Origin: Flaccisagitta enflata
Taxonomy: Eukaryota
Direction of reading: 5' to 3'
Length of the DNA: 64,000 nt
Assembly: GCA_965153355.1 (NCBI GenBank)
Contig: OZ231126.1
Coordinates: 6,758,001 to 6,822,000, forward strand
A model generated the notes under the pieces. It had not been told where the DNA came from, did not search any database, and saw nothing but the letters and a program-made list of their open reading frames with translations. Below are positions 1 to 14,538 of this stretch, piece by piece. A program made the position numbers and the translations under genes. The first letter of the stretch is position 1, and the number at the start of each line of letters is the position of its first letter.

Positions 1-763
1 CTACTTCATTCATCTCATACTCATTTGGTCACCTCATTCATTCCTATCTCATTTATCCCTTCCTTCATAATTCAGCTATTTCAAGATGCAACCCTTATAG
101 TCCATTGATCCCTCATTGTATCCACCACTTTCTTTATTTATCTCTCAGTTTATCATCCTCTTATTCATCCATCCTAACTTGGATTCATTTCTCACTTCAT
201 TCCTCCCTCAGTTCATTCATTTCTCACTTCATTCCTCCCTCAGTTCACTCATTCCTCACTTCACTCATCCCTCAGTTCATTCATCCCTCCATTGACTTAT
301 CGGTTAGCAGTGTCTTGCTGCATCCATCATCCTTCACCGTTCGTTCAAACCTCGGCAGTCACTCAACTCTTATTGATTGCCCCGATATTCCATTTGTGAA
401 TGAATGATTGAAGGAATTCATTCTTGGCAACAATTGAATTACAACACTTTGAATATTGTAAATGTCGCGTCAAAGGAAAGTCTGTAAAATCCCGATACTT
501 TTTTTCCAACAGAGTCCCCAATCGTGAGAATTTCCTCAGCTCTTCTCTCCTTTCTATCCTTTCTACCCTTTCTATCCTTTCTACCCTTTCTATCCTTTCT
601 AACCTTTGTGCCATTTCTAATTCTATCCTTTATATCCTCTCCCATCATGCATCACGTTGACTCAACGAGAGCCATATTGTAACAGGTCGCCCAAGGGCAA
701 TATGTGGTCAGCGATACCCGTTGCCCTGCTTTGCATGGTTATAAATTAGAATGAGAGGAAGCA

Positions 764-1109
764 GGGCAGCGGCCCCGAAGGGGACAAAGTCTTGTAAAAC
801 ACAGGGGGACTTTTGTTTGTCTGTTCCTTTGTCCGTTTGTTCGTCCATTCGTCCGTCCGTCTGCGGGGGAAATTTAAGGCCTGGGAGGATAGGTTTCAGG
901 CCTGAGAAGGCAGATTTCAGGCCTGAGAGGGCAGATTCAAGGCCTGAGAGGGCAGATTTCAATCCTGAGAGGGCAGATTTCAGGCCTGAGAGTGCAGATT
1001 TCAGGCCTGAGAGGGCCTGGGGGGACTAGCGCACAAACGGACGAACGAACGGACGAACAACAGTCCCCCTGTGTTCTACAGGACTTTGTCCCCTTCGGGG
1101 CCGCTTCCC
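764..1109. mobile_element. Non-autonomous element with ~46-bp inverted repeats and internal 21-bp tandem array (HINE/MITE-like)
   Basis: gggcagcggccccgaaggggacaaagtc...cacagggggac (764-810) is inverted at 1063-1109; internal (ttcaggcctgagagggcagat)n and gtcc-type microsatellite. A related degenerate element lies at ~4211-4640. Confidence 0.7.
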
Positions 1110-1395
1110 AAAAACGCTCCCTCAGGTTACCATTTTTAATTGGTTGATTAATGGAAAATTCCCGTTTCCTTCTTTGCTACGGAATGAAAAGAAAATAAAA
1201 CTTGATGTAAAGCAAATATCTTCATTAACCATTCAATCATTTTCTTCTTACTCCATTCCCCGGTTCTTTTAATCATCAGTTTTCTTTTCCAACTCTACAC
1301 ATTTCTCTCTTTCTCATTAAAGTTGTTTTTGAAGTTTTATGTCACTTTCGTTTGCCCTCTACGTGCACGTCCACCGAGCAGTGAGACAGTTTCAC

Positions 1396-1443
<48 letters not shown>

Positions 1444-1647
1444 CTCCTGTCTTGCTGCTGATTGCAATTCTAACTGTTAACGTTTTTACCCCCTAGCTAG
1501 CCCATCATATCCTCTTTTGATAAACCATCCACATCTCCCATTTTCCTCTCCCTTTTGTCTTCTTTTATGTCTTTTTGTGTCCTTTTCTCTCTCCTTCCCC
1601 TTTTCTTCTTCCAGTTTTTATTCCTTTCCTCTCTCTGTCTGTCTGTT

Positions 1648-1853
<206 letters not shown>

Positions 1854-2176
1854 ATTTTTGGGTTATCCTTTTGTTTTCTTTTACGATCTCAACTTCGCGC
1901 TTTGTCAGTTCTCCACCAGAGCGTTTTAACATTTTCCGCTTCTGCTTGGTCCAACTTCACGTTCACCAAAAATTTCCTCATGCTCTTTTTTTTTTTCTCT
2001 CGTCTTTTTTTTCACGGAAATTAGAGCATAGAAAAATTGACGGTAATGTTGTATAAGAAGTATCGTGCCTGTAGTTCCCGTAATTCCCGCCAGAGCAATT
2101 TTCCGATCGGCGACTAGATATTAAACTCCAAAACACCCCTAGCTCTAGCTCTAGCCCTAGCCCTAACTCTAACATA

Positions 2177-2987
2177 ACTTTGGTAAGGAGTTTTCTTTTC
2201 GGTTAGAGTCAGAGGGAATGTTATTCAAATTCTGTTTTATGGAAAACTAGGAGTGATGCGCGTAGTAACTAGTCAGTGAGGGCTCACAAGGCCCTCTTCC
2301 ATTTATTTTAGTTTTGGTATAGTGAGGGATGTTGTTCCACCTATCATACTACTCAGTACCTTGGATTGGAATGTCCGGCGGTCGCAGTAAGCTTGACCTC
2401 GATTCTATCCTCTAAGGGTATGGTTTCTTAACAATTTAACCCTCGGGTGATTTGTTGAATTTTGGTAACAAAGGTAACAAACATTAGCCCTTAACTACTT
2501 TGGTAAGGAGTTTTCTTTTGGATTAGAGTGAGAGGGATCGTTATTGAAATTCTGTTTTATGGAAAACTAGGAGTGATGCGCGTAGTAACTAGTCAGTGAG
2601 GGCTCACAAGGCCCTCTTCCATTTATTTTAGTTTTGGTATAGTGAGGGATGTTGTTCCACCTATCATACTACTCAGTACCTTGGATTGGAATGTCCGGCG
2701 GTCGCAGTAAGCTTGACCTCGATTCTATCCTCTAAGGGTATGGTTTCTTAACAATTTAACCTCGGGTGATTTGTTGAATTTTGGTAACAAAGGTAACAAA
2801 CATTAGCCCTTAACTACTTTGGTAAGGAGTTTTCTTTTCGGTTAGAGTCAGAGGGAATGTTATTCAAATTCTGTTTTATGGAAAACTAGGAGTGATGCGC
2901 GTAGTAACTAGTCAGTGAGGGCTCACAAGGCCCTCTTCCATTTATTTTAGTTTTGGTATAGTGAGGGATGTTGTTCCACCTATCATA
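2177..2987. repeat. Tandem repeat, ~320-bp unit, 2.5 copies, near identical
   Basis: Units start at 2177, 2497 and 2816 (actttggtaaggagttttc...); flanked by degenerate (CCCTAA)-like runs at 2136-2173 and 3001-3044. Confidence 0.9.
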
Positions 2988-3487
2988 ATCCCCATTTCTA
3001 TCCCTAACCCTATCCCTAACACTAACCCTACCCCTAACCCTAACACGGTACCCGCTTTCAAATGGTTGACCGCTAAAACATAAGATTTATCTACGATACA
3101 TCATCTACTACAAGACCAACTTGACCTAACCCATGAACAAACTATCTGTCTTTGTCTTTGTTTTGGTACTCCGAAATAAAAAAGGCTAAAATGATCTTTA
3201 ACTCATATTCCATTCACAAAATGAAAAGCCAAAAGTTGATATCATTAATTCATTGTTTTTTATTATCAATCATCAGGATTATAATTTGAGAACGGGCAAC
3301 TCGATATGAAAGACAAAATCCTGGTCTGTCTGTCGGTACACTCCGTTATGATGGGTGATTTTTTTCTTCATACCTTGCCCCTGCCCAGTTTACTCCCCCT
3401 GCCTAGTATCCTACCCCTGTAAAGTATCCTGCCCTACCTAGTATCCTGCCCCCACGCGTGACTCAAGTCTTTGTCCCTGCTTCTAGT

Positions 3488-4792
3488 TTATTCAATAACA
3501 ATGTCAGCGCATCCGTAGAATTGTTCTTGATCTCCGCATCCAGTGCAACATTTTCCTCCACCGCATCCCCAACTGTTGCCTGCGTTGTATTTCCATTGCA
3601 TGACGCAGTGAGAACATTTCAGACCAGCGGGAAGCTTCACTTTGGTGCTCCATTCACCTTTACGCCAAGTAGTCACCTGTCATTGATTTCGAGGGAATGA
3701 ATGAAGCCGTAAAAACCAGTAAATAAAAAATAATCAAAGGATAGATAACATCAGAAAAATCAGCCTTATTCATATTCATATTGATATTTGGTATTGATAT
3801 TTGGTAATGATATTGATATTGATATTTGGTCTTGTTTAAAAAGATAATTGAACCGAGATCTTGTTCCATTTTTTTATGAACTTGGTCCCTGGGGTTTTGT
3901 TTCTTCCCTGCAAAGGGATCGGACAATCATCTGTAATCTTAACCTATCTTTGGCATCACTACCATCTGTAGGGTGCAAAGGAACAAAGCAAACATCTGTA
4001 ATTTCACCCTGAGTTTTGTTCCACTTCCATCTGCGAGTTGCAAAGGAATAAAGCAGTCATTTGTTGCGCGTTTTTTGGGATTGTTGGTCGGGCAAATGCT
4101 CCATTGCATCCATCCTTTATGGTTGGTAGTCAAAATCGATTTCACCTAAATTCAAATGGTCGCAAAAGCGTTAAATGGTCAGTGGTGCCCTGCTTTAGTA
4201 AATTGAAAGAGGGAGCAGGGTAGCAGCCCCAAATGAGGAATTTTCTCCTCCTCCTCCTAGTATTTGGGATTTGGGCCTCAGGGCTGGGATTTAGGCCTGA
4301 AGGCTGAGATTTAAGTCTAAGGGCATTTGGGCTGTGATTTGGGCCATGAGGTTATGATTTGGGTCTCGAGGCTGAGATTTGAGTCTCAAGGCTGGGACTT
4401 AGGTCTCGAGGTTAAAATTTGAGCCTGAAGGCTGAGATTAAAGCTTTGAGGTTGGGATTTGGGCCTTGAAACTCGGATTTTGGCCTTGAGGTTAGGATTT
4501 GAACTTTTAGGCTGGAATTTGAGCCTCCAGGCTAGGATTGGAGGGTGAACACACAGAGATGGAAAAGGAGGAGGTGGAGGAGGAGAAAATTCCCCATATG
4601 TTTGCAAGCATAGGTCATTGACCCCCTTGAGGCCGCTTACTAAATAAGATATTTTTCATGACATTGCTATTTCATAAAGAAACAACATCTGTCTGTCTAT
4701 CTTTCTTTCTATCTATCTGTCTCCCGGTCTCGTGGTCTGTCGGTCTCTCAGGCTTTCGGCCGGTCGGGGACTCAGTCTGTCTGTCTATCTGT

Positions 4793-4887
<95 letters not shown>

Positions 4888-6895
4888 CTTCTTTTCCGTT
4901 CCCACGCTCACTCATAGTCTTGAGGGCAGCATCGATACAATCGATAATGCACTCGATCAAAAAGATTGATCTCCACTCACCCAAAGACGCTTTCACCCCA
5001 TTCTCCATAATTCCTCGTCAATGGTCAATCGTAATCCTAGCTCGCGACTTTCCACGTCATATCAACGGACTTGATCGCTACCAATCACATCACCTCCGCC
5101 AGAATTGCTTTATAAATGTTCATTTCCTCTAGACTCAAAGAACTTTCTGTCGAAAAAGATTCTTATCAATTTCACTTCCATCCAATAAAAATTTTCAAGA
5201 CCTATTATACACTTATAGAGACAAAGCTTTGTGGAAATATGGCCAGGATGGAAAGTGGCAAAATAGAATTCAAATGTAAAGAGGAAAGTACTTCTAATGA
5301 AACGATGTCATCATCGGCCGCAATTTCCCAACTTTTGAATGGCGAAAAAAAGAAATTCGAATGTCAACTATGTTCTGCGTTGTTCACTCAAAAGTGTTCT
5401 TTAAAGAGACACATGTTGGTTCACTCGGTTGAACGTGAAAAGCCTATGAAATGTCAATTATGTTTAGCGTCGTTCAATCGAAACGTCGATTTAAAGACAC
5501 ACATGTTGGTTCATTCGGTTGAATGTGAAAAGCCTATGAAATGTCAAATATGTTTAGCCTCGTTCAATCAGAAAGCCCATTTGCAGTCGCATATGATGGT
5601 CCACACGGGTGAAAAGCCATATAAATGTGAAGAGTGTCCATCAGCTTTTTCTACAGATCGAAAATTGAAATTGCACATGCGAACTCATTCTGGAGAAAAG
5701 CCTTATCAATGCCACATTTGTCCTGCAGCATTTGCCGATGCGAATTATTTGCCAATTCATTTACGAATTCATGCGGGAGAAAAGCCCTTCAAATTTGATC
5801 TCTGTCCCTATGCTTGTGCGGACAAAAGAAAGCTAAAAAGTCACACCGATGTCCATTCTCGCGACAAATCTTTCCGCTGCGAACACTGTCAATCAACTTT
5901 CACTCGTCCAGGATCATTAAAGACACATTTGCGGATCCATAATTCGGAGAAATCATTTAAATGCGAATTATGCCCTTCTGCGTTCTACCAAAATGGCAAT
6001 CTTAAATCACACGTGAAAAGAGTTCACATGAAAGTCAAACCATTTCAGTGTAAATTGTGCCCTTACGCTTCGTCAGATAAAAATGCCTTGACGCAACATA
6101 ACCGGACACACACCGGCGAAAAGCCCTTCAAATGCGACAAATGCCCCTATAAGTGCTCCCAAAAGGGGATGTTAACGATTCATTTGCGAACCCACACTGG
6201 CGAACGGCCTTACAAGTGCGATACTTGTCCATTTGCATCGAAAAGCAACGCTGCACTAAGAAGTCATAAGAAAACTCATACGGAAGACAAACCTTTTATC
6301 TGTGACGATTGCCCATCAAAGTTTTCTCGGAAATCTCATTTGAAAGAACACGTAACGAGGAGACACACTGAAGAGAAACCTTTTCAGTGTGACATCTGTT
6401 CGTATCAAGCTAAATCAAGCTATGATGTTGCGAAGCACATGCGAGTCCATACCAAAAACACGGAAAAGCCGTTTCCATGCCAACGATGCCCATCCAAATT
6501 TGCCTCTAAACTTTACTTGCAAGCGCATTTGAAAATTCACGATGGACATAAAAAATTCCAGTGTTCAGAGTGTTCATCTGCGTTTCGCGAAAAAAGAAAT
6601 TATGAGGTTCACCTAAGAATTCATACTGGTGAAAGGCCATTTCAATGTGATCTATGCATATTCGCTGCCAAGACTAAAACCGACTTGAAATCACACCTGA
6701 GAACGCATAGCGGAGAAAAACCATTTCAATGCGATGAATGTCCATATCGATGCTCTCAACAAGGTGCTTTAAAACAGCACAAGAGAATCCATAGCAACAC
6801 TTGTTCGTGAAGAACTCAATGAGGATCATACTGGCTATCTCTTTTCAATATATACACCATGAAGAGAGGCTATTCTAATGTTCATGATGGTCAGT

Positions 6896-6966
<71 letters not shown>

Positions 6967-8025
6967 CTCTTACACACCTCGATGGTTTGTCCAGCCTTGT
7001 ACTTCTTGACCACGACTCCTGTTCCCCACTTGCCCCCAGCTTCATGGGGACGAGGATGTGGGTGATCCCAAGCATCTCCACAAACTCCGCATTTCATCCC
7101 CAACTTCTTCTGATGAATGAATCCGCCGCAGTAACATTGGTTGTCGTTGTAGTCGGCAGGAATGCCTTTCACACCCCATCTGATAATTCCATTTAATTAC
7201 AATTTGACATCTATTACGTGTATCCAATGAATTTTTTTTCTTTTACTTTATCCGCTTTTGAAGTTGACCTTTACAGTCTATGGACAAAACGAGGAGAGTA
7301 GATTTTGCTGATCACCGTTATGATGCTTAAGCGTAGTTGATTTTAAAATGAAGGTTTGTAATTACCTCATAGAAATTTACTAAAGACTGACAGAATTAAC
7401 GGAAGAACAAGTACTACCTGTAGTAATCATTCAAAATATAGGTTTGTAATTACCTTGAAAAAAATTATTTAGGACTGCAAGAAACTAACGGAAGAATAAT
7501 TACTACCTGTAGTAATCGTGCTTGCAATAGTTTCTTTCAGTCCTCAGTCATTTTCTATGAGGTAATTACAAGCCTACATTTTGAACGATTACTACAAGTA
7601 GTAATTGTTCTTCTGTTGATTTTTTCAGTCCTTAGCATCATACCGGTGATCAGCAAAATCTACTCTCCTCGTTTTGTCCATAGACTGTTTAAGTGCTGCT
7701 TTCTAAGGTTCAGTCAGATGTTAATTCTCAAATACAAACCTTCAAGTAGAAGTCCTCCCATGAGATTTAGATTGTTATCAGTATTGATCCTGACCTCTAA
7801 GTAAAAGCTCTTCCTTAATATTAAGATATTTATCTGTGTTTGATACTGACTTCCAAGCAGAAGCTCTTTCATAACTTTCATACAGATATCTGTGTTTGAT
7901 ACTGACCTCCAAGCAGAAGCTCTTCCATAAGGTTCAGACAGATATCCGTGTCCTTCTGCGCCTGGACTCAAATGGATGACGCATAAAACTGCGACTAAAA
8001 CGAGACCCAAAATTGATGAGTGCAT
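3488..8025 (-). CDS. Secreted copper-dependent lytic polysaccharide monooxygenase, AA15-like, 215 aa; exons 8025-7907, 7179-6978, 4145-4008, 3676-3488
   Basis: 25-aa signal peptide ending AEG, then mature N-terminal His (HGYLSEPYGRASAWR); YNDNQCYCGG, CGVCGD, HEAGG, second His in TTNHKG, CSHCVMQWKYNAGN and QEQFYGCAD motifs; all three introns GT-AG with matching phases (2,0,0). Confidence 0.92.
5239..6810 (+). CDS. Intronless C2H2 zinc-finger protein, 17 tandem fingers (finger 6 degenerate, C->F), nested antisense in LPMO intron 2
   Basis: Open frame 5116-6810 with repeated CxxC-x12-Hxxx(x)H and TGEKP-type linkers; start ATG uncertain (5116 or 5239); no KRAB/ZAD/BTB domain visible. Confidence 0.92.
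   Translation: MARMESGKIEFKCKEESTSNETMSSSAAISQLLNGEKKKFECQLCSALFTQKCSLKRHMLVHSVEREKPMKCQLCLASFNRNVDLKTHMLVHSVECEKPMKCQICLASFNQKAHLQSHMMVHTGEKPYKCEECPSAFSTDRKLKLHMRTHSGEKPYQCHICPAAFADANYLPIHLRIHAGEKPFKFDLCPYACADKRKLKSHTDVHSRDKSFRCEHCQSTFTRPGSLKTHLRIHNSEKSFKCELCPSAFYQNGNLKSHVKRVHMKVKPFQCKLCPYASSDKNALTQHNRTHTGEKPFKCDKCPYKCSQKGMLTIHLRTHTGERPYKCDTCPFASKSNAALRSHKKTHTEDKPFICDDCPSKFSRKSHLKEHVTRRHTEEKPFQCDICSYQAKSSYDVAKHMRVHTKNTEKPFPCQRCPSKFASKLYLQAHLKIHDGHKKFQCSECSSAFREKRNYEVHLRIHTGERPFQCDLCIFAAKTKTDLKSHLRTHSGEKPFQCDECPYRCSQQGALKQHKRIHSNTCS
7274..7687. mobile_element. MITE with long terminal inverted repeats (CAGT...ACTG, Tc1/mariner-like) in LPMO intron 1
   Basis: cagtctatggacaaaacgaggagagtagattttgctgatcaccg is mirrored at ~7643-7687; preceded by TA; additional internal inverted segments. 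Confidence 0.8.
7737..7930 (-). repeat. Degenerate tandem copies (~56-bp period) of LPMO exon-1 3' end plus splice donor
   Basis: tgatactgacctccaagcagaagctcttccataa (7897-7930) recurs at ~7841 and ~7782, and more weakly at ~7737. Confidence 0.75.
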
Positions 8026-9140
8026 TTTTGCAATTTTTCAGAAATTTTCTTCTTTTTTTTCTAAATCAAAACGAGTGTGTTGAATTTCTCATTTGGTTTA
8101 TAAGAGAACTGATAAGATTGATTGATTTAATGCGCAGCCTTCCGCCAAAAGGTTCAAGATGCGTCAAGGTTGCATGATATGATAATTATATTATAAGAAA
8201 ATTGTTTGATTGACCGAAATGGTTCTTCCTTGTAGCCCCCTTGTGACTCAGCCCTCTGGCTTAAATTTGGCTATGAATTAGCCTGAGGACAGCCCAATAT
8301 ACCCAACGCGTGGTCACGAGAGTAATTCCTAAATTTGCCACATCTTTCATTTGTATTGTACACTCATGTATGCTTTAGCGATATTTTTTTCCAACATAAA
8401 TTGGCCTAAACAGATCGCAACAATCTTCTTCTACATCCATTACAGTAATCACTGATCCTTCCTTTTCTCTCTCCTCACTTTCTCATTATGTGTCGGTCTG
8501 TCTGTCTGTCTGTCTGTCTTTCTTGCTGTTACTTTGTCTTTCTGACTGTCTGTCTGACTATCGGGTAATGAAAAGGCGACTACTGTAACGTGAGATATGA
8601 AACCAGTGTCAAGCAATGAAAATCTGAAATCGTGCAAAATGACACGCAAAATATCAAAGAATGATTCAATTGTTAAGTCGAAAGGCATAATAAGTTCCAA
8701 ACGCTCGAGATAAGCGATTGATGAGTTACTATAAAGGTTTTTGGTGGCTGACAGGCATATCAATCACTTTTTATCGAAATTGGTCGGTTTGTCTGTCAAC
8801 TCCACATTTTGTCTTTTTTTATCTTTCGTATCTGAGTGTTTTATGACGCGTTTTTTTATTCTAAAAGTGTCGTCTTTATATCTAACTACTAGATAGTATC
8901 TATAAGTTGATTGGATGTCAACTGAATGGAAAAAGAAAATATTCTAATGAGACAGATAAAGAAAAATATACAATTAGATGTGATTGTTATTTCTAATGAT
9001 CAAATAAAACAAATTCACGGAAGAGAACGAAAAGCGGAAATCAATATCGTAACTTACATAAAGAAAAAAGAGACATTTACCCGATAATAAGCGACAGATC
9101 CAAATGACGAAAAACAGAAATGAACAAGAACACGCTGTTG

Positions 9141-9755
9141 CACTGCTGTCTCACATAAGGTTTGAGACAAGAATGATATTACTATGCGGTTTTTTGCATT
9201 TTTGCAGAGTTTATGAGTATACAAACCGAGAACTATCAAGAAGAAAATCTTTCCCAAGGCGCTTTTTGAAAATCTGAAAAATTAAAGATTTTTAGCTTCA
9301 TTTTGCATAGAATATTTTTCAGGTTGGTTTGACTTATTTTTTAACAGCATAATGTTAATCCTGATAAAATTCCCTTTCATTCGATAGGTCGCACTATATA
9401 GTTTTCAGAAAAAATAAAATTTTCATTTTCAAAGCCACCGTTACAAAATTACAATGGTGGCATAAAATTTGTATATTTCATTACTTATCAAAACCATACA
9501 GTGCGACCTATCAAGTGAAAGGGAATTTTATCAGGATTAACATCGTGCTGTCAAAAAATAGGTCAAACCAACCTAAAAAATTATCTATGCAACATAATGC
9601 TGAAAATCTTGAAGTTTTCATATTTTTCAAAAGGCGCCTTGGGGAAGATTTTCTACTTGATGGTTCTTGGTTTATATACTCATGAACTATGCAAAAATGC
9701 AAAAAAACGCATAGTAATATCATTCTTGTCCCAAACCTTATTTGAGACACCAGTG
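9141..9755. mobile_element. Foldback MITE, CACTG...CAGTG termini, ~250-bp arms, 4-bp TSD GTTG (Chapaev/CMC-like)
   Basis: cactgctgtctcacataaggtttgagacaagaatgatattactatgcg is inverted at ~9707-9755; GTTG directly on both flanks. Confidence 0.8.
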
Positions 9756-10209
9756 GTTGATAATACGGGTGGACAACAAAAGGCAGCCAAAATGGCTTTA
9801 TTCGTCTGGTCCTATTTGATTGAGTTCTTTTTTTTTGTTGTTGTTATTGTATTTCTTTCGACATCTATACCGTATGTTTAAGCCTTATTGTATTTAGCAA
9901 ATCAAGAAACGCTATGATCGACTGTGGTATAATGAAATGAATCACTAAGGTAATGAGAATTATTATGCTCATCACAGAAAATCGATAATCATGAACAATT
10001 TCCATTATTCATTTATTCAAGCAAGTAGTGTGAAATGAAACATACCTACCTACCTTGATGACTACGATTTGATTCTTATCTTTATGTTTACAAATGAACA
10101 GGAACAAAAAGAATTAAGATCCTACATATATAAGCTAATGGATATTGAGTTCACCCAAGCAACGATTGTTGCAAAATCTCCCCAATAACGAGATCCACGT
10201 ATCCGAGTA

Positions 10210-10266
<57 letters not shown>

Positions 10267-11696
10267 GGCGGTCTCTCCATTCTTTGCGCCCTTTATTGGA
10301 TAACGACGTCAGCGCATCCGTAGAATTGCTCTTGATCACCGCATCCGGTGCAGCATTTGCCGTCTTTGCCGCAGTCCCAAGTGTTGCCTGCGTTGTATTT
10401 CCATTGCATGACACGGTGAGAGCATTTCAGGCCAGCCGGAAGTCTGACCTTTGTACGCCATTCCCCTTTACGCCAACTGTCCACCTGAGGGCAAAGGAAA
10501 AAAGAAAAAAAGAAGAAAAGAAAAGGGAGAGAGAGAAAATAAAAGAAACAAGGGAGAGAAAGAAGGAAAGGGATTAAGGGGCAAAAGGGAAGGAAGAGAG
10601 TGTCCACCTAAGGGCAAAAGCAAAAAGACGTGAAATGGTTCAAAAGAACAAGAGAGAGAAGGAAAGAAAAAAAGAAAAGGGAAGGAAGAAAGTGTCTACC
10701 TTGGAGCAAAAGAAAGAAAAACGAAAAACAAGTGACACGGGGTCACAATATCGTTGCGGACGGGTGGACAGGGGCAGCCAACCCCCATCCACACCCCAAG
10801 TCCCCCACTCTCATACACAAAATGCATCTAAAACACGCGTTTTTGCGCTTTTCGACTCGTGTTCACGGACGGACCGATGGACCGACGGACGGACAGACAA
10901 AGCCTCTTATAGTGTTGCGTGTCTGTCTTTTAAAAAGAGAGAAAGGGGTTATGAGAGGAAAGAGGGTGAAGAAGCAGGAACCCAACTGAGGAATGAAGAA
11001 AGACCAAGGAAAGAAGGGGAAAGAAAAGGAAGAAGGAAGGCGGAGGGAAGGAAGGAAGGAAGGAAGGAAGGAAGGAAGGAAGGAAGGAAGGAAGGAAGGA
11101 AGGAAGGAAGGAAGCAAGGACATGAGAGGTAGAAAAGATAAGAAAGAAGAAAGATTAAGAGATAGAAAAGAAATAAGGCAAGGAAGGAGAAGATAAGGGG
11201 ATAAGAAGCGGGAAGGAAAGGAAGAAATAAACTGAGGACAAAACACATACATACAGACGTAGATTAAAGGTGAGAGATCTTTAGACAAAGAAATCAAGGA
11301 AAAAAAAACAGGAAAAAAAAAAGCGAAAAGCGGGAAGGAAAGGACAAAACACATACATACAGACGTAGATTAAAGGTGAGAAATCTTTAAACAAAGAAAT
11401 CAAGGAAAGAAAAACAGGAAAAAAAAACAGGAAAAAAAAACAGGAAAAAAAAAAGCGAAAAGGTTTTGACTTTTGGTTTGATTTTGACCCCAAAAAACCT
11501 TGAATTTTGTTCCGCTTCAATCAGCCAATTGCAGAGGAATGAAGCAATCGTGAGTCGCCCGTTTTTTGGGATCATTCGTGGGACAAATGCTCCATTGCAT
11601 CCAACCTTTGTGGTTCGTAGTCAAAATCGATTTGACCTGGTTGTGGAAGGAAAAAAAAGGAAAGGTTGTGAGGAGGGGGGGGGGGAGAGTCGGGAG

Positions 11697-12975
<1,279 letters not shown>

Positions 12976-13123
12976 GTCGGGAGGGAGGTGTAAGTGTAAC
13001 TCTATGGGAGACTAGTAGATGCTAGAGTGGTCGGAATTTTGATTTTTTTTCCCAAACATTAAATTCAATTATTACTCATCAATCAAGGAATCAATCAAGG
13101 AATCAATCAAGGAATTCAGGATG

Positions 13124-13273
13124 TTCCTTGCAATTGGGGGACCTGTGCTCCTTAAGGGAAACCACGTAGGCAAATAACATTGAAACAAACGATATCAAAA
13201 TATCACATCCAATATTCCCTAGCATTTTGCCTACATGGTTTACTTGAAGAGCAGAGGTCCCTGATTGCAAGAA
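13124..13273. repeat. Short imperfect palindrome / MITE remnant
   Basis: ttccttgcaattgggggacctgtgctcc...accacgtaggcaaa is mirrored by tttgcctacatggt...gagcagaggtccctgattgcaagaaa. Confidence 0.6.
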
Positions 13274-14272
13274 ATGTTTTTAGTCGCGTGCACGCGACTC
13301 CATGACTCGCTCTGTCCGTCAATTGGTCCGTCCATTACGCTTAGCTTTTTTTCGCTATTTTTTGTCATTTTACTTAGTTTTAGTCATTTTAAGTTATTTC
13401 AAGACAATTTACATTTAGTCTTTTAGTCATTTTGTCTTATGGTCTTAACAACTGCACGCGACAATAAGGTGTTGGCCTTGTTATACATGAAACTAGCTTG
13501 TGTATAATGTTTTGAAACAAAGTCACTCAGATAGATGCGTCCTCAATGTCAAAGTGACCAAAACAAAGTGAGAACTGACGCGATGCGTTTCAGATTCATC
13601 GCTGAAATTACTGGTTATTCCTTTCAGTTGGTAAAAACAAACAAGCAAGTAAAAACAAACAAACAAACAAACAAACAAGCAAACAAACAAACAAGCAGCT
13701 ATCGATGCGGTCTCTGTTGGCCCAAAAATCTTCATCATTAGAGAGGCCTTATGAACCAAAAAAACCTTGCAGCAACAGAATATACCGAAACACGAACAGA
13801 CCCCCCCTAATGAGATGGGAAGACGCGTTCAAAAATCGTTCTTAGCATGGACATGGAAAAAGCACCCCTTGGTCTTGTTTTGTACGACATCTTTAGCACT
13901 GCGACGATAATCAATAGTCTGATTACTTTGATACGATATTGCATCATGCAACACATGAATGAGGTAAAGTCACCCCTAACGATGCTTCTGACAAACAAAC
14001 AAACAAACAAAAACAAAGAAACAAACAAACAAACAAACAAAAAAACAAACAAACAAACAAACAAAAACAAAAAAACAAACAAAAACAAACTAACAAACAA
14101 ACAAACAAACAAACAAACAAACAAACAAACAAAGATTCAAACAAAGAAATAAACAATTGACCGACAGAGCAACCAACCAACCAACCAACCAAGCAACCAA
14201 CCAAGTGTTAAAACAACGTGTCAACAAAAGGCACCAGAGCAATCACCGAGGTATCACGCAATTTTCCAAGGA

Positions 14273-14450
14273 AACATTTGGTTGTGTTAAATGCTCAATT
14301 GTGTTGACATTTGATTGTGTTAAATGCTCAATCGTGTTGACATTTGATTGTGTTAAATGCTCATTTGTGTTGACATTTGATTGTGTTAAATGCTCCATTG
14401 TGTTGACATTTGATTGTGTTAGATGCTCAATTGTGTTGACATTTGATTGT
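14273..14450. repeat. 33-bp minisatellite, ~5.4 copies
   Basis: Repeated acatttgattgtgttaaatgctcaattgtgttg. Confidence 0.85.
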
Positions 14451-14538
14451 GCAGATTTGCCGGCAAATTTTGGGGAATGGAAAACTTTTATTCCTCGATA
14501 ACGAAGGTCGAGAGGGTCAACGTCAGCAGGTGCGCTAA

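Noticed and set aside
300-490. Possible minus-strand exon after a TTTTACAG acceptor
   Set aside because: All frames close quickly; no recognisable homology; not a third LPMO copy.
3001-3044. Telomeric repeat
   Set aside because: Short, degenerate and interstitial; likely part of a repeat element.
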